Origin: Desulfobacterales bacterium
Lineage (GTDB): Bacteria > Desulfobacterota > Desulfobacteria > Desulfobacterales > UBA5616
DNA length: 64,000 bases
Reading direction: 5' to 3'
Assembly (NCBI GenBank): GCA_046483495.1
Contig: JAWODC010000057.1
Location: forward strand, 39,062 to 103,061
Below are positions 18,837 through 28,539 of the stretch, one piece after another. The number at the start of each line of letters is the position of its first letter. Within the stretch, counting starts at the first letter, position 1. The notes under the pieces were generated by a model that saw nothing but the letters and a program-made list of their open reading frames with translations, did no database searches and was not told the origin of the DNA. The position numbers were made by a program, and so were the translations under genes.

Positions 18837-19148
18837 ATGGTCGAAGTTACGCAACAGGCTACAGAACAGGTTGCCGAGTATTTTAAAGAAAGAGAAATCT
18901 CTCCCATCAGAATTTTTTTGCATGAAGGCGGTTGAGGCGGACCATCACTTGCAATGGCTCTGGACGAGCCAAAAAGCACGGATGAGCGTTTCGAAATCGA
19001 TGGTTTTGAATATATTATTGACAAAGAGCTCATGGAAAAAGCCAAACCCATCAAAATCGATTTTCAGGGGATGGGTTTCAAGCTCGACTGCGGGCTCGAT
19101 TTCAGCGCGTCTCCAGGCTGTGCCGGGTGCGGTTCCTCTTGCGGATAG
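18837..19148 (+). CDS. HesB/IscA-like selenoprotein (103 aa, U33)
   Basis: AGGAGG RBS; MVEVTQQATEQVAEYFKEREISPIRIFLHEGG, TGA (18933-18935), GGPSLAMALDEP in frame with ORF 18954-19148; tail CAGCGSSCG. Confidence 0.88.
18956..18970 (+). promoter_or_regulatory. Candidate SECIS hairpin of the HesB-like gene
   Basis: GGCTC-[TGGAC]-GAGCC; loop G is 27 nt after the TGA. Confidence 0.6.
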
Positions 19149-19173
19149 AAAAACAGCCGAACATGATCGTTAA

Positions 19174-19207
19174 GGGCAACACCGCCGCAAGTGGGTTGCC
19201 TTTTTTT
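19174..19207 (+). terminator. Intrinsic terminator after the HesB-like gene
   Basis: GGCAAC...GTTGCC stem followed by T7. Confidence 0.7.
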
Positions 19208-19271
19208 CATCGAATCTTTTAAAGATGGCGAAAATTACATCAGGTTATGCGATCAGCTAAGGAGGTTTGAA

Positions 19272-19814
19272 ATGACGGATTTTATGGAAGTTGTCAAAGG
19301 AAGAAGAAGTATTCGGGTCTACCAGGAAAAGGTTGTGCCCGAGGCGGCGTTGAACCAAATCCTGGAATCGGTCAAGTGGTCTCCTTCCTGGGCCAATACC
19401 CAATGCTGGGAAATCGTTGCCGTTAAAGACGGCGCCCTTAAAGAGAAGCTCAAAGAAACCATCGCTCCGAAAAATCCGGCCACCAATGCGATTACCGACG
19501 CACCCGTAGTGCTCGCTGTTTGTGGAAAATTAAACAGCTCCGGATTTTATAAGGACCAGGTTACGACCAAATTCGGGGACTGGTTTATGTTCGATCTTGG
19601 AATCGCCACGCAAAGCATTTGCTTGACAGCCCATCAGTTGGGCTTAGGTACGGTAATCGTCGGGCTGTTCGATCAAGACAAGGCCAAAGCGGCTCTTAAT
19701 GTACCGCAGGGATACGAGTTGGTGGTGCTGATCCCCCTTGGATATCCGGCAAAAGATTCACCGGCCCCCAAGAGAAGGGAAATCAGCGAGTTTTTGCATG
19801 AAAATTCGTTTTGA
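19272..19814 (+). CDS. Nitroreductase family protein
   Basis: GGAGG RBS; RRSIRVY, SPSWANTQCW, LGLGTVIVG and IPLGYP motifs. Confidence 0.9.
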   Translation: MTDFMEVVKGRRSIRVYQEKVVPEAALNQILESVKWSPSWANTQCWEIVAVKDGALKEKLKETIAPKNPATNAITDAPVVLAVCGKLNSSGFYKDQVTTKFGDWFMFDLGIATQSICLTAHQLGLGTVIVGLFDQDKAKAALNVPQGYELVVLIPLGYPAKDSPAPKRREISEFLHENSF

Positions 19815-19957
19815 GTTTAGGCGGTGGAAGGGCGCATCGGTTTTTTGCCGGTCTAAACAAAAAATCCTATTACGCCATTCTGGGCGGTTGCGGTATTTTT
19901 ATGATTGCATTCGGCATTTACCTGGGCGCCCCGCCTTTTTTGAGAACGGGCCTTTAG
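19811..19957 (+). pseudogene. Possible 3' remnant of a LysE-type membrane protein gene, or a tiny TM ORF
   Basis: Reads GGGRAHRFFAGLNKKSYYAILGGCGIFMIAFGIYLG...; only a TTG start and no clear RBS. Confidence 0.3.
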
Positions 19958-19982
19958 TGTCTTTTGCCCATCACGTCTGCAT

Positions 19983-21845
19983 TTAATGCCATTGCTCTTC
20001 CATGCGATTCCACCGATCGCTGAACCCAGCCGTCTGTTCCTCCAATGTTCGAGTCAGGTGGTCAAGCCGGTCATATAGACCATCGATACGGGATTGGCAC
20101 ACGTAAATGGATTTCGAAATGTTCGCGATGCCGGCGCTGTCCATGTTCTCTGAAGCCGTTTGCATTTCGCGTGTGAGCTTCCCCAGTTTTTTTTCCTCCT
20201 CTTGGATGTCGTGTTCGGTTGTTGCTACTTTCTCTTTCAGCGGATTCAGCACCCCGGCACGTTCGGTGATGAATTCGGAGCGTATTCGCTTCATTTCTTT
20301 TTTTGTCGGTTTTGTCCCACGATCCTGCTTTTCGCCGGCCGACCATTCACGTTCGATGTTCTCGTCATCCCAACCGTATCGATCCAGAAAATCCTGGTAG
20401 CTTCCTTCAAACACCTCGATTCGGTCATTTAGGAAAATGACCAGCCTCTCGGCTAAAGCATGCAGGAACAATTCATTATGGGTGACCATAAGAACGGTTC
20501 CTTCAAAATTATCGACAGCCGCCAGCATGGCATCTGTCGATTCCATATCCAGGTGGTTCGTGGGTTCGTCGAGCAGCAGCAGGTTGACCGGTGTCACCAA
20601 CAATTTCCCAAGCATAACGCGGCTTTTTTCTCCTCCGGAAAGAACCTGGATTTTCTTCAGGCCGTCATCGTCTTCAAAGAGCATGGCGCCGGCGATATTG
20701 CGGGCGGTCTGTGGGTCCACTTGCGGGTGGGTATATAATATTTCTTCAACAACACTGCGATTATCCACGAGCCCCTCCACCTGATGCTGTTCAAAAAATC
20801 CCCTTTCAACGGCCGGATGGTAGGAAATGGTTCCCTCCCAGGGCGGGAGCATCCCGGCAAGCAGTTTCAACAGGGTGGTCTTGCCCTTTCCATTCCTGCC
20901 GACAATGCAAATGCGGTCCCCCGCCCTCACGGGAAGATCGAGTTTTTCGATCAATGGTTTTTTCGGTTCGTACCCGAAGGTCAACCCCTCGATGCTGCAA
21001 ACAAATTTGCCTGAAAACGGTTTGCTGCGGAAAGAGAAATCAAGGTCCTTTATTTTTTCAAGCTTTTCCCGCTTTTCTTTTTTGGCGAGTGTTTTTACTC
21101 GCGATTGAACCATATTGGCGAGCCGAGCCTTGGCCCGAAAGCGGTTGATAAACTGCTCGATTTCTTTTTGCCGCTTTTCATCATTGACCCTGGTCTTTTC
21201 GTATATTTCCTCCTCTTGAGCGATTCGGCCGTAATATTTGCCGGTATCTCCCTGAATCTTTCTGATCTTTTTACGATGAATGCCCAGGATATGAGTTGCC
21301 ACCCTGTCCATAAATCCGCGGTCGTGGGTGATGAGCATTACCTCACGAGGCCAATTGGACAAAAAACGCTCCACCCACCTGATGGATGTAATATCCAAAA
21401 AGTTGGTCGGCTCATCGAGGAGTAAGAGGTCCGGTTCGGAAACCAGGATTTTGGCCAAATTGAGTCGAACCTGGTAACCGCCGGAAAACGCCAGTGGATC
21501 TTTTTCCAGGTCCTGCTCTGAAAACCCCAACCCGAAGAGAATCTTTTCCGCTGTCCAATGGTTGTTTTTTTGGTTTGCGGGAAGCCCGGTCATGCATTCT
21601 TCCAGGACCGTGTTTTGTGAAAACCGGATGTCCTGGGTAACATACCCTAACCGGTACCGGCGCGGAATAACGATGGAACCGGTATCGGCGGACTCTTCCT
21701 GAACCAGCATTCTAAACAGGGTCGTTTTACCGTGCCCGTTGCGCCCGACCAAGCCGATGCGCTCCCCGGGATTGATCTGAAAATTGACATTATCAAAAAG
21801 CGTGTGGGGGCCGAACGCTTTGCCGACATTTTCGAAACGTATCAT
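19983..21845 (-). CDS. ABC-F family ATP-binding protein
   Basis: Two ABC domains (GRNGHGKT/FSGG/LLDEPTN and GRNGKGKT/LSGGE/LLDEPTN), no TM helices, coiled-coil C-terminus. Confidence 0.9.
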   Translation of the reverse strand: MIRFENVGKAFGPHTLFDNVNFQINPGERIGLVGRNGHGKTTLFRMLVQEESADTGSIVIPRRYRLGYVTQDIRFSQNTVLEECMTGLPANQKNNHWTAEKILFGLGFSEQDLEKDPLAFSGGYQVRLNLAKILVSEPDLLLLDEPTNFLDITSIRWVERFLSNWPREVMLITHDRGFMDRVATHILGIHRKKIRKIQGDTGKYYGRIAQEEEIYEKTRVNDEKRQKEIEQFINRFRAKARLANMVQSRVKTLAKKEKREKLEKIKDLDFSFRSKPFSGKFVCSIEGLTFGYEPKKPLIEKLDLPVRAGDRICIVGRNGKGKTTLLKLLAGMLPPWEGTISYHPAVERGFFEQHQVEGLVDNRSVVEEILYTHPQVDPQTARNIAGAMLFEDDDGLKKIQVLSGGEKSRVMLGKLLVTPVNLLLLDEPTNHLDMESTDAMLAAVDNFEGTVLMVTHNELFLHALAERLVIFLNDRIEVFEGSYQDFLDRYGWDDENIEREWSAGEKQDRGTKPTKKEMKRIRSEFITERAGVLNPLKEKVATTEHDIQEEEKKLGKLTREMQTASENMDSAGIANISKSIYVCQSRIDGLYDRLDHLTRTLEEQTAGFSDRWNRMEEQWH

Positions 21846-21998
21846 AGTGACTCTCTTTTTGCCTTGATTCAATATTCTCTTTTCCCATGGAGGTCAACAG
21901 GGAACCGATCATGGAGGGGTGTGGTGAAGCGGTATCGATGGTGATGGTGGGACCGGTTGGAATCCTGCTCGATACATCAGGTGCCCGGCTGCATGCAC

Positions 21999-22688
21999 CT
22001 AACGAATCAAGCAGGTGCCGACACGGGATTCTGCGATGCACTTTAAGTGAGAAAGTTCTGAATCGCCGAAGGAATGATTCGTGCCGCTGAAAAACTCAGG
22101 CAGAAGCACATCCCCATTGACAAACCGTTGAAGCACATACAGGTCGGCCCCCTGGATCAGGTATGTAATCCTGTCCATAATAGCATCATCGACAAAAGGC
22201 CTGACACAAGTCGTTCTGAATTCATAGGGAACCCTTGCCTGCATAATGATGCTGATGCTTTCCCGAATGCTTTCCGGTGGGCAATGCGAGGCGATTGTGG
22301 GATTGTATAAATCGGGAGCGGTTTTTATGTCCATGGCGATATAGTCAACGAGTTTATTCCGAATAAGCCGGGTAATCGCCTTCGGCCTGCTGCCGTTCGT
22401 ATCCAGCTTCACCGGGTATCCCATGGACTTGACGTGTTCACAGAAATCGGAAAGATCCCCCTGCAGCGTCGGCTCCCCTCCGGAGATGACCACACCGTCC
22501 AGCCATCCTTTCCTCTGCCGCAAAAAGTCAAGCACGGCGTCTCCGGAGACCCGGTTTCCGCATCCACTGACCAATTCGGGATTATGGCAGTAAGGGCAAT
22601 GAAAGTTGCATCCGGAGGCAAACACGACGCAACTGATCTTTCCTGGAAAATCAATGAAAGAATTTTTTTGAATACCGCCGAAGCGCAC
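21999..22688 (-). CDS. nrdG: Anaerobic ribonucleotide reductase activating enzyme (radical SAM)
   Basis: CNFHCPYC, ISGGEPT and KLDTNG motifs; directly downstream of nrdD. Confidence 0.88.
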   Translation of the reverse strand: MRFGGIQKNSFIDFPGKISCVVFASGCNFHCPYCHNPELVSGCGNRVSGDAVLDFLRQRKGWLDGVVISGGEPTLQGDLSDFCEHVKSMGYPVKLDTNGSRPKAITRLIRNKLVDYIAMDIKTAPDLYNPTIASHCPPESIRESISIIMQARVPYEFRTTCVRPFVDDAIMDRITYLIQGADLYVLQRFVNGDVLLPEFFSGTNHSFGDSELSHLKCIAESRVGTCLIR

Positions 22689-22734
22689 CGCTTTTCTCTT
22701 GAAGGTTTTCTTATTTTTAACTCAAACAAGCCGG

Positions 22735-24861
22735 CTAAGCCGCCTTGAAGGTTTTCCGTTTGCTGAATTCGGCGCGTTTGCCGTTGTTCCATTGTTTTAT
22801 AGGCCGCAGGTAACCGACCACCCTGGAATAAATTTCGGTCGGAGCGTTACAGGTAGGGCACACGTCGACCCGGCCCTTCAGATACCCGTGGGACGGGCAT
22901 ACGGAAAACGTCGGTGTCAATGTAAAATAGGGAAGCTTGTAATTCGTGGCGATCTTTCGAATCAGGCGCTTCACCGTTTCCACGTCCTCCACCATTTCTC
23001 CTAAAAAAACATGCATTACAGTGCCGCCGGTGTATTTGGATTGAAGATCATCCTGAAGAGAAAGCGTTTTGAAAATATCATCCGAGTAGTCGACGGGCAG
23101 CTGGGTCGAATTGGTGTAATACGGATCGGCGCCTTTTCGATAGTCCGATTCATTCGCACAAATACAATCGGGATAGATGGATTTGTCCAACAGAGACAAC
23201 CGGTAGGAGGTCCCCTCGGCCGGTGTTGCTTCAAGGTTGAACAGGTCCCCTGTTTTCTCCTGGACCTCCGAGAGAACATCACGAATATGATCCATTACCT
23301 GTAATGAAAAATTCTGTCCCGCTTTCGAGCCGATATCCTCTCCGATAAAATTCATACAGGCCTCATTCATGCCGATAAGGCCGATGGTTGAAAAATGGTT
23401 TTTCCAATAGCGATCGTTGCTTTCCTTGATCGCTCTCAGGTAAAAACGGGTATAGGGGTAGAGGTTGCCTTCGCTGTATTTTTCAAGACTTTTTCGTTTG
23501 ATGGACAGACTTTCTATCGCCAAAGCGAGATTATCATTGAGACGCTTGAAAAAATCGTCTTCGGATTCCGCCAAATACCCGATGCGAGGCAGATTGAGGG
23601 TAACCACCCCGATTGAACCGGTCAGTGGATTGGCGCCGAAGAGACCGCCGCCCCGTTTCAGCAACTCCCGGTTGTCCAACCGCAGCCTGCAGCACATTGA
23701 TCGGGCATCTTCAGGTGACATATCGGAATTGACGAAATTCGAAAAATAGGGAATGCCGTACTTGCCGGTCATCTTCCAAACCGGTTCGAGATTGGGATTG
23801 TCCCAGTCAAAGTCATGGGTAATGTTATAAGTAGGAATAGGAAATGTAAAAACGCGGCCCCTGGCGTCTCCCTCCATCATCACTTCGGCAAACGTTCTGT
23901 TGAGCAGATCCATTTCCGGCTGAAACTGAGCATACGTTTCATCCATTTCGCACCCCCCGATAATGACCGGTTGGTGCTTCAATATCTCCGGAACATAAAG
24001 ATCCATGGTGATGTTCGTAAAGGGCGTCTGAAATCCGACACGAGTGGGAATGTTGATGTTGAATATGAATTCCTGAAGGGCCTGTTTCACATCCGAATAG
24101 GTCAATGCGTCCTTTCGGATAAACGGCGCCAACAAGGTGTCAAAATTCGAAATCGCCTGCGCACCTGCAGCTTCCCCTTGCAGCGTATAAAAAAAGTTTA
24201 CGATTTGGCCCAGCGCGGACCGAAGATGTTTCGGCGGAGCGCTTTCGACTTTCCCTTCCACACCCCTGAATCCTTGTTTTAACAAATCCTGAAGATCCCA
24301 GCCCACACAATATACCGACAGCAGGCTCAAGTCATGGATGTGAATGTCACCGGCTTTATGCGCCCGCCTAACCTCCGGGGGATAGATTTTACTGAGCCAA
24401 TACTCCGATGTCACATCGGAAGAAATATAGTTGTTCAACCCCTGCAGAGAATAGCACATGTTGCTGTTCTCGTTTATTTTCCAATCCTGCCTGGTGATGT
24501 AATGGTCCACCAGATCGATATGGGCCTTGGTAGTGATTCGGCGGATCTGAGCGTGCTGTTCCCGATAAATGATATAGGCCTTGGCGGTATTGTAATAGGG
24601 AGAATCGATCAGCACCCGTTCGACGATATCCTGGATTTCCTCCACTTCCGGAATGGGTCCAAGCCTGAGTTCATGCGCCAATGTCAGAACACGAAGCGTC
24701 AGTTTCTTTGCTTCCCGGATGTCGAATTCGCCGGTCGCTTTACCCGCCTTCGTAATGGCGGCCGTTATTTTGGAGGAATCGAATTCCACGATTCTTCCAT
24801 TTCTTTTTCTGATTTGCTCGAATGCCTGCTGCACTTCCACCGTGTTGAACATGTGAGACAA
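22735..24861 (-). CDS. nrdD: Class III anaerobic ribonucleoside-triphosphate reductase with ATP cone
   Basis: ATP cone IRKRNG; IHIHDL..YC; SMCCRL; EATPAEG; CPSHG..CPTC; glycyl-radical motif YSRVVGYLRP. Confidence 0.93.
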   Translation of the reverse strand: MSHMFNTVEVQQAFEQIRKRNGRIVEFDSSKITAAITKAGKATGEFDIREAKKLTLRVLTLAHELRLGPIPEVEEIQDIVERVLIDSPYYNTAKAYIIYREQHAQIRRITTKAHIDLVDHYITRQDWKINENSNMCYSLQGLNNYISSDVTSEYWLSKIYPPEVRRAHKAGDIHIHDLSLLSVYCVGWDLQDLLKQGFRGVEGKVESAPPKHLRSALGQIVNFFYTLQGEAAGAQAISNFDTLLAPFIRKDALTYSDVKQALQEFIFNINIPTRVGFQTPFTNITMDLYVPEILKHQPVIIGGCEMDETYAQFQPEMDLLNRTFAEVMMEGDARGRVFTFPIPTYNITHDFDWDNPNLEPVWKMTGKYGIPYFSNFVNSDMSPEDARSMCCRLRLDNRELLKRGGGLFGANPLTGSIGVVTLNLPRIGYLAESEDDFFKRLNDNLALAIESLSIKRKSLEKYSEGNLYPYTRFYLRAIKESNDRYWKNHFSTIGLIGMNEACMNFIGEDIGSKAGQNFSLQVMDHIRDVLSEVQEKTGDLFNLEATPAEGTSYRLSLLDKSIYPDCICANESDYRKGADPYYTNSTQLPVDYSDDIFKTLSLQDDLQSKYTGGTVMHVFLGEMVEDVETVKRLIRKIATNYKLPYFTLTPTFSVCPSHGYLKGRVDVCPTCNAPTEIYSRVVGYLRPIKQWNNGKRAEFSKRKTFKAA

Positions 24862-25022
24862 TCCTTTCCTTCGTTTATCCGCTCAAATATAATAACGATG
24901 CCAGTATCGTTGAATCAGTGGTCTACCGGTTGAACCCGGGGGGACAAAACGGCACAATGCGAGAATTTTCTGGTGAAATTATTGCACTAATTTGGATTGA
25001 ACGAAATTTAAGCTTCTAGTTA

Positions 25023-25069
25023 ACTCAAGATATGGTATTTGTCAAGACAAAAAAATCTATATATTGGGC
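25023..25069. promoter_or_regulatory. Tandem NrdR boxes overlapping the nrdD promoter
   Basis: ACTCAAGATATGGTAT (25023-25038) and AATCTATATATTGGGC (25054-25069), 31 bp apart, flanking a minus-strand TTGACA (25040-25045). Confidence 0.7.
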
Positions 25070-25129
25070 TTTTTTTTAAAAAACGAAATTCAGCCTTGAT
25101 TTAAGGCGTGTTTCGACTAAAATGACACC

Positions 25130-25378
25130 ATGCGAATCGACCCGAATCCGATCTACCGAAAAATTATCGTTCCCTGGTACGATTCCGAATCCGCCTGCTT
25201 TGCAACCATCCTTTCGATGGTGCCTGTTATGCTGTTCGGGATTTCCGGCATTCTCATCTCACGGGACCCGGCACAATACCGGTCCCCGGGATGGATAGCA
25301 TTCCTGCTGACGGGCTTGAGCGGATATGTCATCATTTCGGTCAGCCTCAGATTGCTCGGCAGGCATTTGAAACGATAG
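25130..25378 (+). CDS. Small two-TM hypothetical membrane protein
   Basis: 82 aa; PNPIYRKIIVPWYDSE followed by two hydrophobic segments. Confidence 0.6.
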   Translation: MRIDPNPIYRKIIVPWYDSESACFATILSMVPVMLFGISGILISRDPAQYRSPGWIAFLLTGLSGYVIISVSLRLLGRHLKR

Positions 25379-25425
25379 AAATCGGAAGCTGCACTTGCAT
25401 TGCGATTCCGGCCGGCGCCACCCTG

Positions 25426-25896
25426 CTACTCGGATTTTTCCAGTTCGGTGACGTATTCTTTAAAAGTCATTTCTTCATAACTTCCTGAATGAATATATTT
25501 TAAAATCTGAAGAAACATTTCCGGCGGAATATAGCCCGGCAGGCTGCTTATTTTTTCCCCGCCGGGCTCCAGAAACCAGGTCATGGGAAGTCCCCGCACG
25601 AAATATTTGCGGGCGACTTCCGCTTCTTTTTCCGTATCCACCTTGATGGATATGAAGTTTTCGTTCAGAAATTTGGCAATCGCCGGCTCTTTAAAGGTTT
25701 CCTTTTCCATTTTCTCACAAAAGGTGCACCAATCTGCATAAAAGCTGATCAGAACGTTTTTTCCTTCCGCCTCGCTTTGCCGCATTCCCGCGTCGTATGA
25801 ATGCCATTTCACACGTTCATTGGAAGAGACCGACTCCGAGCATGCCGACATCAGAATCAGCAAAATAAACCATAATATCATATACTTCCGATTCAT
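25426..25896 (-). CDS. Thioredoxin-family lipoprotein
   Basis: Lipobox LMSAC; active site FYADWCTFC; cis-Pro motif RGLP. Confidence 0.85.
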   Translation of the reverse strand: MNRKYMILWFILLILMSACSESVSSNERVKWHSYDAGMRQSEAEGKNVLISFYADWCTFCEKMEKETFKEPAIAKFLNENFISIKVDTEKEAEVARKYFVRGLPMTWFLEPGGEKISSLPGYIPPEMFLQILKYIHSGSYEEMTFKEYVTELEKSE

Positions 25897-25951
25897 TTCG
25901 AATGCTTTCAATTTATCCGGAATGCATGGCGTCATTCGCCCTTTCGAATCG

Positions 25952-26647
25952 CTAACCCGCAATCCACATCAGTTTGTCCGTAATTAAAAAAACACCTAAC
26001 ACGATCAACAAAATGCCGGCTCCATAATTCATATACCGCATGAATTTCACGGCGCGCTGAATGACGGCAATCAGGTAATGGATAAACAGGGACAGCACCA
26101 TGAATGGAATTGCCAGTCCCAATGCATACACGGATAGCAGCAGAACACCCTCTCCTACCGTCTGCTGATTGCCTGCAATGATGAGTACCGATCCTAAAAG
26201 CGGTCCAATACAAGGGGTCCATCCTGTTCCGAAAGCCATTCCGATAACAAACGTGCCGAATATGTGCAGCGGTTTATTCATTGAAATGCGTTTTTCAACT
26301 TCAAGGAATCGAATGCGAAACAATCCGGTCAGATGAATTCCAAGTATGATGATCACGACACCGCCGGCGACTCTTATCGAGGATTCATATTTTTGAATCA
26401 ATCCGCCTAAAAATGATGCAGAGGCGCCTAAAAGAATGAACACCAGGGAAAATCCCGAAACAAAAAACAATGTTGAAATGAAAACTTTGGCCCTGATCCT
26501 GCCGGAGTTCTCATGCATCAGTTCCTCTAATGAAAATCCGGTTATAAATGTAAAATACGCCGGCAGCAAGGGAAGTATGCAGGGAGACAAAAAAGAAAGC
26601 AAGCCTGCAATGAATGCGGCATTGTATGTAATCTCGGTATACAGCAA
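25952..26647 (-). CDS. ccdA: Cytochrome c biogenesis/thiol-disulfide transporter CcdA
   Basis: SFLSPCILPL and WTPCIGP motifs; about six TM helices. Confidence 0.9.
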   Translation of the reverse strand: MLYTEITYNAAFIAGLLSFLSPCILPLLPAYFTFITGFSLEELMHENSGRIRAKVFISTLFFVSGFSLVFILLGASASFLGGLIQKYESSIRVAGGVVIIILGIHLTGLFRIRFLEVEKRISMNKPLHIFGTFVIGMAFGTGWTPCIGPLLGSVLIIAGNQQTVGEGVLLLSVYALGLAIPFMVLSLFIHYLIAVIQRAVKFMRYMNYGAGILLIVLGVFLITDKLMWIAG

Positions 26648-26651
26648 TAAA

Positions 26652-27122
26652 TCAATCTTTCTGAATGCGGGAGAAACGGGTTGCGGCCGTAGATGTTTCC
26701 TGCTTTACCCGGTAAATCATTATCCAGATTCCCATCGATATCAGCAGGAGGTCACGGATTAAATCGCCGAATGCATGTTTTGAGGCCGCCATCGAAGTGG
26801 TAAAGCACCCGCACGTAATATCGACACCGCGAACGATATTCAACAAAAGGGCGACAATGAACATTGCCATCATCAGATTAACCATCACTATGCTGCCCTT
26901 GACCAGATGCCCGGAAATCAGAAAAATGCCGCAAAACATTTCAACCCATGGTAAAATCAATGCAAAGGGATTGACTAATAGGGCCGGCAGGATCTTGTAG
27001 TTCTCGATAATTCGGGCAAATCCCTCCGGATCCATGAGCTTGGGAAAACCCGCCAGTATGAAAATTACCCCGAGAATCAGCCGGGAAATCAAATATATTC
27101 GATTTTCAAGCCTAAAGGGCAT
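26652..27122 (-). CDS. MauE/DoxX-family redox-associated membrane protein
   Basis: KLMDPEGFA, LPWVE and RGVDITCGCF motifs. Confidence 0.85.
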   Translation of the reverse strand: MPFRLENRIYLISRLILGVIFILAGFPKLMDPEGFARIIENYKILPALLVNPFALILPWVEMFCGIFLISGHLVKGSIVMVNLMMAMFIVALLLNIVRGVDITCGCFTTSMAASKHAFGDLIRDLLLISMGIWIMIYRVKQETSTAATRFSRIQKD

Positions 27123-27149
27123 TGCCTCAAGTTACATCCGGTGAATTGA

Positions 27150-28001
27150 TCATATGGAACTAAGTTCCTTTGCGCGCTTCGCAGCGGCATGAACAGCCTG
27201 TTTGATATGTTTTTTCACGTTCTTTTGTTCGAAGGCATGGAGTGCAGCCTCGGTCGTTCCGCCGGGAGAGGTCACATTCCGGCGCAATTTTTCCGCAGAT
27301 TCCCCGGTTTCCTCCAACAGCTTCACGGCGCCTTTAAAGGTCTGCACCGCAAGGGTCCCCGCAACCGAAGGCGCCAACCCCAGTTCCTCACCGGCGGAAA
27401 CCATGGCTTCGATAATATAAAACACATAAGCCGGACCTGATCCCGAAATCGCCGTTACGGCATCCAGAAATCCTTCTTCGACCTCGATGACGCTGCCCAT
27501 GGATTCGAGGATCTTTCGAGCGGCGCGCCTGTCTTCCTCCCTGCAATACGCGTTTGAACTCATCGCGCTCATTGCGCATAATACAAGGGCCGGTGTGTTC
27601 GGCATAACCCGAATGATGGGGAGGTTCTTCTTCTGCTTATCATCCAACCCGGAATATAGCAAGCTTTCAATCCTTCTTAAGTGGATACCGGCGGCGATCG
27701 AAATGACGAGTTTTCGCCTCCTGACGCCATAGTCCTCGGCGGAAACGATTTCCGTCAGCACCCGCGGCAAGGTCTGGGGTTTTACCGCCAGGATGACGAT
27801 ACCGCACTCATCGAACAAGGCAAAGGTGCCGGGATGAACGGCGATGCCGTATTTCCGGTGGAGTTCGTCCAGTCTGTCCGCCCGAATATCGGCGGCAACG
27901 ATTTCACCGGCATCGATGCTTTTGGATTGAATCAAAGCGCCGATCATAGCTTCCCCCATATTTCCGGCCCCGATAAACCCGATTTTGAAGGTCGAACTCA
28001 C
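27150..28001 (-). CDS. proC: Pyrroline-5-carboxylate reductase
   Basis: GFIGAGNMG, AVKPQ, RVMPNTP, SGSGPAY and VTSPGGTT motifs. Confidence 0.95.
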   Translation of the reverse strand: MSSTFKIGFIGAGNMGEAMIGALIQSKSIDAGEIVAADIRADRLDELHRKYGIAVHPGTFALFDECGIVILAVKPQTLPRVLTEIVSAEDYGVRRRKLVISIAAGIHLRRIESLLYSGLDDKQKKNLPIIRVMPNTPALVLCAMSAMSSNAYCREEDRRAARKILESMGSVIEVEEGFLDAVTAISGSGPAYVFYIIEAMVSAGEELGLAPSVAGTLAVQTFKGAVKLLEETGESAEKLRRNVTSPGGTTEAALHAFEQKNVKKHIKQAVHAAAKRAKELSSI

Positions 28002-28219
28002 ATCGTCTCCTCTTCTTTGTAAAACCAGCTCTTTTATTCACATTATCCCTTTCACCGTAAGTGATGTCAACGAGTTTGAAGAAAATCACTTGACTTCTCG
28101 GTTAGAATATAATTTATTTAGATCAATTTAGCAGCAAAAAAAATGAGTTATCGAACGATCTCGGAAATTTATGTTCCCGGCAGCGCCGTATCGAAGGATA
28201 AAAACAAGGTCCGTCGCCT

Positions 28220-28519
28220 ATGTTCATCATCGGATATTTATTAATGGCCATCGCCAGGGTACTCGATGCCGTTCTTCTGTTCTTCATGATTTTTATCATC
28301 GCCCGGGCTGTTTTGTCCTGGGTGAATCCCGATCCATACAACCCCATCGTCCGACTGATCCACAACGTAACCGAGCCGGTATTGTACCGTATCCGGTCTA
28401 AAATTCCCGTTGTTTTCGGGGGCATTGATTTCTCTCCGATTATTGTATTTTTGCTTATCATGTTTTTAAGGGATTTTGTCGTTAACAGCCTGATCGGCAT
28501 TTCACGATCGTTCATGTAA
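28220..28519 (+). CDS. YggT-family membrane protein
   Basis: LSWVNPDPYNPIV, TEPVL and GIDFSPII motifs. Confidence 0.9.
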   Translation: MFIIGYLLMAIARVLDAVLLFFMIFIIARAVLSWVNPDPYNPIVRLIHNVTEPVLYRIRSKIPVVFGGIDFSPIIVFLLIMFLRDFVVNSLIGISRSFM

Positions 28520-28539
28520 CCCAACGATGAGGAAAACGG

